This document shows positions 41,785 through 52,439 of a DNA stretch of 64,000 nt, one piece after another; the first letter of the stretch is position 1; each line of letters opens with the position of its first letter. A program made the translations under genes and the position numbers. Origin of the DNA: an uncultured delta proteobacterium (GTDB lineage: Bacteria; Desulfobacterota; Binatia; UBA9968); NCBI GenBank assembly GCA_963760795.1, contig CAVXEP010000033.1:32001-96000 (forward strand). The letters run 5' to 3'. The notes below the pieces were generated by a model. It was not told the DNA's origin, made no database searches, and was given only the letters and a program-made list of their open reading frames with translations.

Positions 41785-42226
41785 ATGATTCAGAAAAGAT
41801 CGATGCCGCGATCACCCGAGCAAGAAGCTCTGCGACGGCCGTTGTTGGAACTCCACGATGCGCTGCTGCGCTTGCACAAAGTCTTGCTTGAATCCGAGCG
41901 GGTGGTTTACGAAAGGGATGTCGAGCCGATTCGCTCGCCGAACCATTTCTTCCAGCTTCTCACCAGCGATCCATGGTTCGCCTGGCTGCGGCCGATTTCC
42001 CAGCTGATCGTGGCTATCGACGAAACTCTCGATGATGATAAGGAAGGGCTCACGAGTGCCAGCGTCGACGCGGTCATGCGACAGGCGGTTTTCTTACTGA
42101 TCCCGGCGCGAGAACGGCGGCGAGTTTGGCGAGCGTTACGTCGCGGCGTTGCAACGCGATCCGCGCGTAGTCCTCGCCCATGCCCAGGTGGCCAAGCGGA
42201 TCGGCTCGGGGACGACAATAATCTGA
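41785..42226 (+). CDS. Conserved-looking hypothetical helical protein, frameshift near 42115
   Basis: LLRLHKVLL..ER, DPWFAWLRPISQLIVAIDE; shifted frame continues FGERYVAALQRDPRVVLAHA to TGA at 42226. Confidence 0.7.
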
Positions 42227-42317
42227 CCGCTGCGCAGTTCGGGACGACGGGCATCGGCCCTTGCGGCTCCGCCGCGCCGGCTGCGCTGCGGCGAAATTTT
42301 TCCTTTCTGAAAAGCCT

Positions 42318-43937
42318 TCAATCCATTTTCACATCGACGATGACGAACTCGTCGTTCGCTAGCGCTTCTTTGAAAACTGGCGTTAGCTGCTCTTTCTTGG
42401 TCACCGTGTAGCCTTTGGCGCCGTAGAGGTCGGCGAGCTTGGCTAGATCCGGAATGAACAGTTCGGTGCCGATGATGCGGCCGCCGTAGTTGTTTTGCTG
42501 GTCGCGCTTCATGCCGCCGTAGGCGTTGTTGTGCAGGATCAGCACCATCACCGGAATATTATGATAGCGCGCGGTGGCGAGCTCTTGTTGTTCCATCATG
42601 AACGAGCCATCGCCGGTGACACAAATGACGCGGGCGTCGGGGCGGCCGATCTTGACGCCGAAGGCGGTTGCCAGGGCGGTGCCGATGGCGCGAAACTCGC
42701 CGGCATGGATGATCGGTACCTTGGAGTCGATGTTGCGCAGGGTGTCGCCGGTCATGCCCGATGTCGTGAGGATTTCATTGCCGGTGAGCAGCTCGTCGAG
42801 GGCTCTTAGCACCGACGCGTAAGTTAAATTGCTCTTGTCGATCTGCGCGTCAACTTCTTGACGCCAAGCTGCCTTGGCTTTTTGGATCGCTGGGGTTCGG
42901 TCGCTGGGCGCCTTTGGCTGGCGCGCTTTCACGCCGTCGATGATCGCGCGCAGGGCGCTCTTGGCGTCGGCTTGAATGGCGAGCTCGGCTGGATAGATGC
43001 GGCCGAACTGTTCCGGGTCGGTGTCGATGTGAATGATCCGAGCTTGCTCCGGCATCGTTTTGTGGCCAAACCCGAGGGTCGTGCCTTCGCTGAAACTGGT
43101 GCCGACGGCGAGCACCAGATCGGCTTCCTGAAAAAACCGCCGGGCATACATGCGGCCGCCGTTGCCGAGGCAGCCGAGGGCGAGCGGATGCTTTTCCGGA
43201 AATACGCCTTTGGCGGTGTAGCTGCTAGCCACCGGCAGCGCTAACAGTTCCGCCAGTTCTTTGACTTCGTCCTGCGCCTGGGCCCAATCGACGCCGGTGC
43301 CGGCGAGCACGACCGGCGCGCGGGCGCCAAGCAGTAGATCAACGGCTGTGTTGACCGTGCGTGCGTCCACCGCAGGCGCGGCGGGATTCGCCGAGGCGGC
43401 AAAGGAAATCGGTTCGGGCAAGTGGGTTTCCTGCAAATCTTCAGGGATGCAGAAAAACACCGGTCCTTGGCGGCCGCGCGTGGTTTGACGAAACAAGGAG
43501 TCGAGCACCGAACCAAGTTCTTCGATTCGTCCCAAACGTGCGCTCTGCTTGGTGATCGGTTGGAACAAACGCACATGCTCCATGCCATGCCACGAGGCCC
43601 AATGGCCTTTGGCGAACGACGCCGTGCCGATGTCCGACGAGATGACAAACAGCGGCACCGCTTCTTTGTACGCCTGGGCGACCGCGGTGACGATATTGGT
43701 CGCGCCGCCGCCGGCCGAAACCAAGCACACCGCCGGCTGTTTGGTCGCCCGGGCGTAGCCGAGCGCCATGTTGCCGGCGCCCCCCTCGTGCTGGGCGTTG
43801 ATGAAGCGCAGTTCCGGCCGCTTGGCGATGGCGTCGCCGAAGGGGAAAAGCGTATGGGCGAGCACGCCGAAAATGCGGCGCACGTTTTGCGCAATCAAGT
43901 AGTCGACGACGGTCTCGGCGAGATTAGGTCCAGTCAT
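42318..43937 (-). CDS. Thiamine diphosphate-dependent enzyme (acetolactate synthase large subunit-like)
   Basis: QHEGGAGNMA, GDGSFMM...LHNNAYG ThDP-binding motif. Confidence 0.92.
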   Translation of the reverse strand: MTGPNLAETVVDYLIAQNVRRIFGVLAHTLFPFGDAIAKRPELRFINAQHEGGAGNMALGYARATKQPAVCLVSAGGGATNIVTAVAQAYKEAVPLFVISSDIGTASFAKGHWASWHGMEHVRLFQPITKQSARLGRIEELGSVLDSLFRQTTRGRQGPVFFCIPEDLQETHLPEPISFAASANPAAPAVDARTVNTAVDLLLGARAPVVLAGTGVDWAQAQDEVKELAELLALPVASSYTAKGVFPEKHPLALGCLGNGGRMYARRFFQEADLVLAVGTSFSEGTTLGFGHKTMPEQARIIHIDTDPEQFGRIYPAELAIQADAKSALRAIIDGVKARQPKAPSDRTPAIQKAKAAWRQEVDAQIDKSNLTYASVLRALDELLTGNEILTTSGMTGDTLRNIDSKVPIIHAGEFRAIGTALATAFGVKIGRPDARVICVTGDGSFMMEQQELATARYHNIPVMVLILHNNAYGGMKRDQQNNYGGRIIGTELFIPDLAKLADLYGAKGYTVTKKEQLTPVFKEALANDEFVIVDVKMD

Positions 43938-44061
43938 TTGAGTTGGCTCCTTTTAGTCGATAGGCCTGCTTAGTTCAGCTACCGCGAAAAAGCAATGGTC
44001 GTCGACCCTTAGCCGCCTTCCGACGGTGCCCATGTCTGGCGACGTTCAGGATAATTTTACG

Positions 44062-44090
44062 TTCACGGACGTATCCGGTCGTGCTATCAT
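44062..44090 (+). promoter_or_regulatory. Putative sigma-70 promoter of the STAS operon
   Basis: TTCACG-17 nt-TATCAT with extended -10 TG. Confidence 0.45.
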
Positions 44091-44181
44091 GGGCGCAATC
44101 AGAGCGGCGCCGGAACAGTGTACCGATTATTCCAAACGGCGCCTAAACTAATCCCTCACGGGATGCAGACGAGGTATAGCC

Positions 44182-44557
44182 ATGGAATCGACAGTACAGA
44201 ACTTTTGCCAATGTCGTGATCGTGCAGGTTGAAGGCCGAGTCGATCACAGCACGGCGCCGGCATTTGGCAGCGTGCTTCTGCCCCATGTCGAAGGTTGCG
44301 TGGGGGAAGACAAAAAACTGCTGGTGGACTTGAGCAAAGTCAACTACATGAGCAGCGCTGGGCTGCGCGTCCTGATGATCGCGGCCAAGGGGTGCCGTAA
44401 GCAAGAGGGCAAAGTGGTGCTGGCCGGCTTACAACCGAGTGTCCGGGAAGTTTTCAAGATCGGCCGTTTCGACATGGTCTTGGATACTTATCCGACCGTT
44501 CGCGACGCACTCGCGGCGATCTCGCCGGCCGCCGCGGCGATCTATGTCGACCGTTAG
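44182..44557 (+). CDS. STAS-domain anti-sigma factor antagonist (RsbV/SpoIIAA-like), frameshift near 44203
   Basis: RBS GAGG + ATG at 44182; EGRVD, VDLSKVNYMSSAGLRVL with phosphorylatable Ser. Confidence 0.9.
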
Positions 44558-44560
44558 TGT

Positions 44561-45014
44561 ATGCAGGATCTAGCGAGTATCGAAGCGCACCGAGGCGCTC
44601 ACCATCGATGCGGTGGCGCAGTGCACCGAGTTTGCCAGTGCGCAAGCGCGCCAGGCAGGGTTTGCCGCGGCGCGGGTGGACGAAATTGAACTGGTGGTCG
44701 AAGAAGTGGTGGCGAATATTTGCCATTACAGTTACGGCGATCGCCTGGGCAATGTCGAGCTTGCTTGCCGGCTGATCCATGGTCCCATGCTGGAGCTGGA
44801 GTTCGTCGACGCTGGGCAGCCGTTCGATATGCTCAGCATGCCTGAGCCGGATCTCGCCGTCGATATCGATCGACGCGGTTTGGGCGGCGTCGGGGTGCCA
44901 ATGATGCGCGCGCTGGTCGACCGCGCGAGTTACCGGCGCGAAGGCGAACGTAACGTGCTCTGCCTGGCATTTCATTCTGCCTGTCGTCTGGGCGGCTCGT
45001 CACAAGTGGCTTGA
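44561..45014 (+). CDS. RsbW/SpoIIAB-like anti-sigma serine kinase (HATPase_c_2), frameshift near the 5' end
   Basis: LVVEEVVANICHYSY (N box), DAGQPFD, GGVGV. Confidence 0.88.
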
Positions 45015-45036
45015 ATCAGGGGCACGGATAGATCCT

Positions 45037-45999
45037 ATGCGCATCCGATTCTGGGGCACCCGCGGTTCGCTGCCGACCGCCACCGAAGGTGCGGCCATCC
45101 GCGACAAGATCAAACGAGCTCTGCTAAAAGCCGCCGGCCGCGAATTCGCTGGCGAAGCGGAGCTTGACCGGTTCATCGATACCGAGTTGGAATTCCCTGT
45201 GTGCGCGAGCTACGGCGGAAACACCTCATGTGTCGAAATCGTTGGCGGCGATCATTACACCGTTTGTGACATGGGCTCGGGACTGCGCCGCTTCGGTCAA
45301 CAAGTGGTGGCGCAACATGGACCGCGCCGGCCGCAAGTCTATAATTTCTTCATGTCTCATGTGCATTGGGACCACATCATGGGGTTTCCATTTTTCCCGC
45401 CGGCTTACATTGCCGGCAATACCATACGAATTCACGGCAGCCACCCGCTCGCCGTGCTCGAAGAAGCTTTTCGGCGCCAGCAGTCCGATCCCTGTTTCCC
45501 GGTGCATTGGGACCAGTTACGCGCGAACATCAGCTTTGTCCCGCTGGCGGTGGATCGCTGGCACGAGATCGACGGTCTGCGCGTCAAAGCGAAGCTGCAA
45601 CCCCATCCCGGCGATTCCTACGGTTATCGTTTCGAAAAAGCTGGCCGGAGTATGATCTACTCGACCGACGGCGAGCATAAGCTCAAGTCGGAGAGCGAAA
45701 CCGCGGCGATGGTGGAATTTTACCGCGACGCCGATTTGCTAGTGTTCGATTCGATGTATTCGCTGAATGAGATGATGGATTCCAAGTCTGACTGGGGCCA
45801 CTCGAGCAACATCGTCGGCGTCGACTTATGTTTGCGCGCCCAGGTCAAACACTATTGCATGTTCCACCATGAGCCGTCTCACAACGACGATACCATCCAC
45901 GAGGTCCTCGGCGAAACCCGACGCTACGCCGAAATCGCCGGTGAAAATCATTCTCTCCAAGTCTCGACAGCCTACGATGGCTTAGTCATCGATCTGTAA
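45037..45999 (+). CDS. MBL-fold metallo-hydrolase (phosphodiesterase-like)
   Basis: FWGTRGS, YGGNTSC, SHVHWDHIMGFPFF, HPG, TDGEH, WGHS, FHHEP. Confidence 0.92.
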   Translation: MRIRFWGTRGSLPTATEGAAIRDKIKRALLKAAGREFAGEAELDRFIDTELEFPVCASYGGNTSCVEIVGGDHYTVCDMGSGLRRFGQQVVAQHGPRRPQVYNFFMSHVHWDHIMGFPFFPPAYIAGNTIRIHGSHPLAVLEEAFRRQQSDPCFPVHWDQLRANISFVPLAVDRWHEIDGLRVKAKLQPHPGDSYGYRFEKAGRSMIYSTDGEHKLKSESETAAMVEFYRDADLLVFDSMYSLNEMMDSKSDWGHSSNIVGVDLCLRAQVKHYCMFHHEPSHNDDTIHEVLGETRRYAEIAGENHSLQVSTAYDGLVIDL

Positions 46000-46003
46000 A
46001 TTC

Positions 46004-48170
46004 GTGGCGACGCCCCCGGAATCATTGACCCGCAGCGCTGGGCTCAGCCTGCCGCTGCTCGATCGGTTGGGCGCCGATAACGGCCGCAAGGCCGCCATCG
46101 GGCTCTTGGCGTTGATGGCATTGGCGCAGCTCGCCTTTGGCGAGACGGCATGGAGCCCAGTGCGGAACCTTTGGTTCGACGCTTATCAACGGGTGATGCC
46201 GCGTCAGGTTACTACCTTGCCGGCGGTGATCGTCGACATCGATGATGAAAGCCTGAAACAGTTCGGCCGCTGGCCCTGGCCGCGCACCCGCTTGGCGCAG
46301 CTGATCGATGCGAGCCATCGCTTGGGTGCCCTGGCGGTGGGTCTCGATATGATTCTGCCGGAGGCCGATAGCCAGTCGCCGCAGCGCTTGCTGGCCGAGC
46401 GTCAGGATGCACATCGCGCGAGATGCGCCAAGCGCTCGCCGCGCTGCCGTCCAACGATGCCATTCTCGCCAATACCTTGCGTCAAGTTCCGTCGGTGCTC
46501 GGACGCGCCGCGCTGATCGACGCGGCTGCCTGGGAAAGTCTTCGCTAGCGAACCAAACTCCAGCGCTGATTGCCGGCGAATCGCCACAGCGATTCGCCCC
46601 GACCTATGAAGGGCAGATCGTTAATTTGCCGGAGCTTGAAGGGGTTGCCCATGGCCGCGGCTATTTGAACGATAGCCGCGACGGCGACGGGGTTGTCCGG
46701 AGTATGCCATTGGTGCTGAGCGTCAACGGCTCGATCGCGCCGGCTTTCGCCGTCGAGCTGTTGCGCGTGGCGACTGGCCAAGCGGCGTATTCCGTGCGCA
46801 GTGATCGAAACGGCATACTCGGAGTGCAGATCGGTACGTCATTCATTCCTACGGACCGCGACGGCAGCCTGCGTTTGTATTACTCGCTCGCTCATCGCTA
46901 TCGGCGGGTGTCGGCGGCGGCGATTCTCCGCGGCGCTGTGGCACCCAAGGCGCTTGCGAATCAAGTGGCGATTATCGGGGCCACCGCCGTGGGCATCAGC
47001 GACGTCGCGGCAACGCCAGTAGGTTCACGCATGGACGGCGTCGAGATTCATGCACAGCTGGTCGAGAATATTCTATTCGGTGCCCGCCTGGTCCGGCCAT
47101 CGGCGTCGCGCTGGTGGGAACTCTTTGCGCTGGTGATCTTCGGTATCGTCCTGATCGTGGCTCTACCCCGGCGTCGACCGGCCATCGGCGTCGCGTTGTA
47201 TTGCGCCATCGCGGCAACGCTGGTGATCGCCAGCTTCGTCGCTTTTCAAAAGATTCGCGTGCTCTATGATCCGACACTGCCGGCGGCGGCCAATGGACTG
47301 GTGGTCGGTCTGCTACTGACGGCGGGATTTTCGACGGCTCTGCGGCGGCGCCGGGAACTCGATGCCGAATTGGCGGTCGAGCGCAACGAACGGCTGCGCG
47401 CCGCCGGCGAGCTCCGTGCGGCGCGGGAAATTCAAATGGGCATGCTGCCCGATCCTGAATCGATCAATGGGATGCCGGCGAATCTCGATTTCTTCGCGTT
47501 GTTAGAACCAGCGCAAGAAGTCGGCGGCGATCTCTACGATGCCTTCATGCTCGACGACCGGCGGTTGTTTTTCATGATCGGCGACGTTTCCGGCAAGGGC
47601 GTGCCGGCATCGTTGTTCATGGCGCTGATCAAGACGCTATGCAAAAGCCTGGCGCGGCGCGAGCCATCGAACCTCGGCCAGGTACTCAGTTCGGTAAACG
47701 ATGAAATCTCGCGGGAAAATCCGACGGCGATGTTCGTCACGGCGATTATCGGAGTCATCGATGGCGGTTCGGGGGAGTTGGAGCTCTGTAACGCCGGCCA
47801 CAATCCAGCGATTCTGTTGCGTCCGCGGGAAGCGCCGCGCGAGCTCGACCGCGCTGGCGGGCCGCCGCTTTGTCTCGATGATGGATTCACCTATCCGACG
47901 CAGCGGTTGCGGTTAGGCCGACGGCGATATTTTGCTGTTGATTACCGACGGTGTCACAGAGGCCGAAGATGGCGGCCAAGCGACAGTTTGGCATGGGGCG
48001 AACACTTCAGTGTTTGGCAAAGGAACCTCCGCGGCAGCGCCGCCGCGGTCTGTCAGATGCTACATGCCGAAGTGAAGGATTTTACTGATGAAGCTGCGCC
48101 ATCCGACGATCTGACTCTGCTGGCGATTGGCTTTCGCAAAGCTTCGTCAGGAGCACCGTCCGCGCCGTGA
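46004..48170 (+). CDS. CHASE2 sensor + TM + SpoIIE/PP2C phosphatase, several frameshifts
   Basis: VDIDDESL..GRWPWPR, DGDGVVR, GVEIHAQ, three TMs, AREIQMGMLP, VGGDLYD, GDVSGKG, NAGH, SDDLT. Confidence 0.9.
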
Positions 48171-48256
48171 AGATTGCCTGGCTATAACGGTTTGAGACCT
48201 AACGAAGGCCGGCCGCGAAGTTTTTTCCGTCAGCCGGCTTATTCAATGCTTCGAAA

Positions 48257-48913
48257 TTAGCGCAGAATCACTTCGACGCGGCGGTTGCGTGCTTCGGGTT
48301 GCTCGTCGGCGCTGGGCACCAGCGGCTCCCGTTCGCCGCGGCCGACGGCGCGGATGAACATCGCTTTGATGCCGATCTGGACCAGCATCGCGCGCACGGA
48401 TTCGGCGCGCTGTAGCGAGAGCCGGTCGTTGTCGGCGTCGCTGCCGACGCGGTCGGTGTGGCCGGTGACTTGGACTTCGACGGCTTGGCGGCGCGCCGCT
48501 TCCGCCATCAGCGCGTCGAGTTGCGGCCGCGACGCCGTAGTGACCTGGGTACTGTTGGTATCGAAGTAAAGCGTGAAGCTGATCGGCTTGGGTGGCTGAG
48601 CCGCCAGCGCCGCGGCGAAGGTTTGGTCGACTTCCGCGGCAGTGGGAGATTTTCGTTCGATCTTTCCTTCGCTGTCGACAGTTGCGCCACTGAACGGTTG
48701 GTCCAAAGTCAGCGCATGCGCTCCCTCGCCGACAATAACTGACGTGGGCGCGCCGCCCTCTTCCGGCAGCAGCACGACATAGGTGTTGATCTTGGGCGCG
48801 GGTTTGACCGTCGCGCAGCCGGCGAGTACGGCGCATGCCGCACTCGCGCAGAAGGCGTGACGCAGTCGCCGCTCGAGCCATGGCAGGCTCGGCGGAAAAT
48901 CTTTATTCTTCAA
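48257..48913 (-). CDS. OmpA-family peptidoglycan-binding lipoprotein
   Basis: LAGC lipobox, LYFD, GHTD, NDRLSLQRA, GRGE, NRRVEV. Confidence 0.9.
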   Translation of the reverse strand: MKNKDFPPSLPWLERRLRHAFCASAACAVLAGCATVKPAPKINTYVVLLPEEGGAPTSVIVGEGAHALTLDQPFSGATVDSEGKIERKSPTAAEVDQTFAAALAAQPPKPISFTLYFDTNSTQVTTASRPQLDALMAEAARRQAVEVQVTGHTDRVGSDADNDRLSLQRAESVRAMLVQIGIKAMFIRAVGRGEREPLVPSADEQPEARNRRVEVILR

Positions 48914-49346
48914 CTTTGACTGCGAAGGTGGTGCCGCGCACGCCGAGGATGGTGGTCGGGGTTTTTACTTTCATGGCGTCGGGTGAGCGTTTGGCGATCT
49001 GCCCGGAGACCACCGCCAATGTGCCGCGCTGTACGTCGGTGACAAACTCGCCGTCTTGGGTGGTCGGATTGAAGCGGAACTGTTTGAGCTCGATGCGGCT
49101 ATTGGGGCCGGCGGACAAACGCGAGCTGTCGATGAAGGTCAGGCCGACGGCGCCGTTGGCGCCGGTAATGAGTACATCGGACTGTTGCACCAGGTCGCCC
49201 GCCTTGGCCGGCTGCTGGACGTTTTGGCGCAGAATGAAAACTGCGCCGCTGACATTCTTGATCTGGCCGATGTCAGCGTAGGCGGATGACGCCGCGGCGA
49301 CGATCAATCCCAGCAAAATAGGTAAAGCGCGGTAGTAATGAGTCAT
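48903..49346 (-). CDS. Secreted stand-alone FecR-domain protein
   Basis: RBS GGAG + ATG at 49346, signal peptide, IGQIKNVSG, F.D.S, TPTTILGVRGT. Confidence 0.85.
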   Translation of the reverse strand: MTHYYRALPILLGLIVAAASSAYADIGQIKNVSGAVFILRQNVQQPAKAGDLVQQSDVLITGANGAVGLTFIDSSRLSAGPNSRIELKQFRFNPTTQDGEFVTDVQRGTLAVVSGQIAKRSPDAMKVKTPTTILGVRGTTFAVKVEE

Positions 49347-49434
49347 TAGTGCTCCCATCCCTCGGTTCGTTTCGCGGCCGGGTTCGTTCTCACGGGTAAC
49401 GCAGTGTAGCAAATCCAAGGTTGCGCCAGCAACC

Positions 49435-50511
49435 TCAGCTGCGTGAAACAACGGCGCGGATATTGTTCAGGAGAAAAATCACAATGGCGAGGGCATTGAG
49501 TATCCCGCCCCATGATTGTCCCCCTGGCACCAGAGCGAGATCGCCGGCGACGCGGAGCAGCAGAGAGAGATGCAGCAAACCGGCATGGAGATAGAAAAGT
49601 TGGTGAAACGGCAAAGCCAGTTGGGTGATTGACGGTAGGATGATCGGCGCATGGGCGAAGATCATCGAGAAAACGAAGCCTAAAAAAACCACGTGCAGCA
49701 TGGCGTCGTAGAGCGGTCCGGCGCCGAAGAAGCGCGCGAACCAAATCCAGAAAACGCCGCCGATCGCGAGCCAAAAATAGCCGGCGATGAGGCCCGCGGA
49801 CATGAAGCGCGGTAAGCCGGGTTGTCTAATGCTCTGCCAGGCGAGATCGTAGCGCAGCAGCCAAAGCGCGAGGGCGATCATGCCGGCGCCGGCGATGCGC
49901 ACGCCGAGGCGGAACTCCCATGGCGATGTCACCAGGCCGGCAATTAAAATAATCACGGCGAGACGAAACGAATTGCGGACCCATGACTTTGGGCTGCGCA
50001 GGCGCGTCAGTTCGAGCCGTTCGCCGGCGATCATTAGAATTAGAAATCCGGCCCACCAAGGAACGATGCGATGCAGGGTCGTTTCGGTGATCCAGAGCAG
50101 ATTGCCGCAGGCAAGCACGGCGGCGCTCAACGCCATAAACACGAAATGCTCTTCAGGCTGGCGTTTATAAAGCTCGACGAAGAACCAAGTGAGCAGTAGG
50201 GCGGCGCCCGCGGCAAGGGCCGCTGTGATGGCGCTGGGCAAGTCGGTGAGCAATGAGAGCATGCTCAAGATGCTCAGTACCGGCACGCCGTAGAACCATC
50301 CGTGGTTCGTTGTGGCGGCGCGTTCCAGGCCGATCAACGTAAGCAGAAAGCCGATGGCCATCAGCGGTCCGTGCAGTGAGATTAAGAGCGGACTCGGCAG
50401 CGGCAGAGCAAAGCCAAGCCGGGCCACGCCGATCCAGATGCCGAGAAACAGCGATAGGCCCGCGAGTGCGATGAAAAGGAAGCGAAAGGAGCGCGGCGGC
50501 GAAGCGATCAT
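49435..50511 (-). CDS. Multi-pass membrane protein, NnrS-like
   Basis: About 11-12 hydrophobic segments; HGPLMAIGF, LERA, GERLEL, DAMLHVVFLGF, FAHAP. Confidence 0.65.
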   Translation of the reverse strand: MIASPPRSFRFLFIALAGLSLFLGIWIGVARLGFALPLPSPLLISLHGPLMAIGFLLTLIGLERAATTNHGWFYGVPVLSILSMLSLLTDLPSAITAALAAGAALLLTWFFVELYKRQPEEHFVFMALSAAVLACGNLLWITETTLHRIVPWWAGFLILMIAGERLELTRLRSPKSWVRNSFRLAVIILIAGLVTSPWEFRLGVRIAGAGMIALALWLLRYDLAWQSIRQPGLPRFMSAGLIAGYFWLAIGGVFWIWFARFFGAGPLYDAMLHVVFLGFVFSMIFAHAPIILPSITQLALPFHQLFYLHAGLLHLSLLLRVAGDLALVPGGQSWGGILNALAIVIFLLNNIRAVVSRS

Positions 50512-50536
50512 TCTTGCCTTTTGCGGCAATGTCGAT

Positions 50537-52322
50537 TTACACCGCGGCCGGTGTGTTGCCACCGGGGCCGGCGTGCATATCGTGGCGGACGCCGAAGCGG
50601 CGGCCGAAGTAGCGCACCAGGAGGGCGCCGCTGACGGTGAAAGCGATGATGAAAATGCTGATGATACTCGCGGCCTCACGGTTGCCGACGGCGTTGGACG
50701 AGAGTTCCAGCGCCATCAACGAGAGTGTCATGGTGTCGCGCGAAGCGAGGAGAATAATACTGCTGGTGGCGCCGGCGGCGGTGACGAAGTTCATCACCGC
50801 CAAGAGCACCATGGTCGGCATCAACAGCGGCAGCCAGATTTTGCAGTAGGTTCGAATCCAACCGGCGCCGGAGACCCGCGCGGCTTCCTCCATGTCGGCG
50901 CCGACCTGTACGAGTACGCCTTTCATAATGTTTACACCGGTGGTTTTGCCTTGCAGGATGACCACGATAATGAGCGCCCAAATGGTGCCGAAGAGCGCGT
51001 TCAAACCAGGCGTGCCGATAAACACCCAAAGCAACCCAAGGCCGGCGAGGATGCCGGGTATCGCGCCGGCGCCCCATATCATCAGATCCAGCGTCGCGCG
51101 TCCGGGGAGCTGCGTGCGCACAAGCAGATAGGCGAGCACGGAAAATATCAGCGGGCTCAAGACCGCCGCCGTCAGTGCCAGCGTTAGAGTCGTGCGCAGC
51201 GCTTTCACGAACACCGGGTCGGAGAGCACCAAGCGCCAATGTTCAAGGGTAAAGCCCAAGACAAAGTAGCCGATGCGCTGCATGAAACTGCCGAGAACGA
51301 GAATCAACATGGGGCCGAAGGTCAAGAGGGACAAGAGCGTGGCGAGGATGGCAAAGGCAATGAAATTGCCCTTGCCGAGATCGATGAGGCCGGGGCGAAA
51401 ACTGCCGGTGATGGTCGTGTAACGGCGCCGCTCCAAGATCCAGCGCTGCAGCGGAATGATCAAAACGATCATCAAGAGGGTGATGCTCGCCAGCACGGTG
51501 GCTTCGCCGTAGTTGGGGACAGCGCTGCGCACCAGAGAATAGACTTTGGTCGAATAAACGTAGAAGCCAAACGGTACGCCGAGCAAGTACTCGGTCTCGA
51601 AGGACTGAAAAACCCGCAGCAACTGCAGCGCGAACACCATGATCATCGGCGAGATCATCAGCGGCAACGTGACTTTGAAAAGAGTTCGTAAATTGCTCGC
51701 GCCGCCGACCCGGGCCGCTTCTTCCAGGGTCGCGTCCATGTTGCGAAAGGCCGGGGTCATGAGCATGACTTTGATCGAGATGCCATGGCCCATGAGGTTG
51801 GCCCAGACGATGCCGGGCACGCTAAAAATATTGAAAGGCCCCTGCTCCAAACCGAAGAGATTTTTCAATCCGACGTTGATCATGCCGATATCGGGGTCGA
51901 GCAAGGTGATCCAGGCGATGGTCGTCGGCAAGCTGGGCACCATGTAGGAAACCCAGAATAGGAATTCCAAGGTCCGGCTGCATGGAATCTTGGTGCGGGC
52001 GAGCAGCCAGGCGATGCCCACTCCGAAGGGAAAACTGATGCCCACCGTCAACGACCAGATGAGCAGCGAATTGCCCAGCGAGCGCAAGCAGTCCAGGGCG
52101 CTGAAAGGCGTTGACCCAGTGGGTGACGCCCCAGCGGCGCGGCTCGACGAACCAGTCGGTGGCGGCGTTGAAGCTGTTGATCAGCAACAGGAGCACCGGC
52201 CATATAAGAAAATATCCAAGGGAAACGAGCACCACCGCCATCAGGAAGTGGCCGCGGGTGAGACGCGGCGCGGGCAGGGCGCGAGGCATGACTACCTGAT
52301 CGATGGTTGGCGATTGTTCCAC
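50537..52322 (-). CDS. Fe3+-type ABC transporter permease (two domains), frameshift near 52085
   Basis: Two EAA motifs (LEEAARVGGA, MEEAARVSGA), many TMs. Confidence 0.9.
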
Positions 52323-52334
52323 GGGGAATTAATA

Positions 52335-52430
52335 GTTCCAGCCGATCCAGTGGTTCCAATCGTTCCAGTCGTCTCGATCGATGGCTGTCGTTAACAACTG
52401 GAACTTTTGGAGTTATTGAACCTTTGGAAC
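52335..52430. repeat. 9-nt periodic palindromic element (GTTCCA x4-5 ... TGGAAC x4)
   Basis: GTTCCAGCC GATCCAGTG GTTCCAATC GTTCCAGTC, then TGGAAC/TGGAGT/TTGAAC/TGGAAC. Confidence 0.75.
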
Positions 52431-52439
52431 TTGTCTTTC

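Noticed and set aside
44095-44175. GGCGCCG/CGGCGCC stem in the STAS leader as a riboswitch
   Set aside because: A single stem in GC-rich DNA with no recognisable aptamer motif.
50849-50870. GGTTCGAATCC resembling a tRNA T-loop
   Set aside because: Lies inside the permease CDS (GWIRT codons on the minus strand); no cloverleaf around it.
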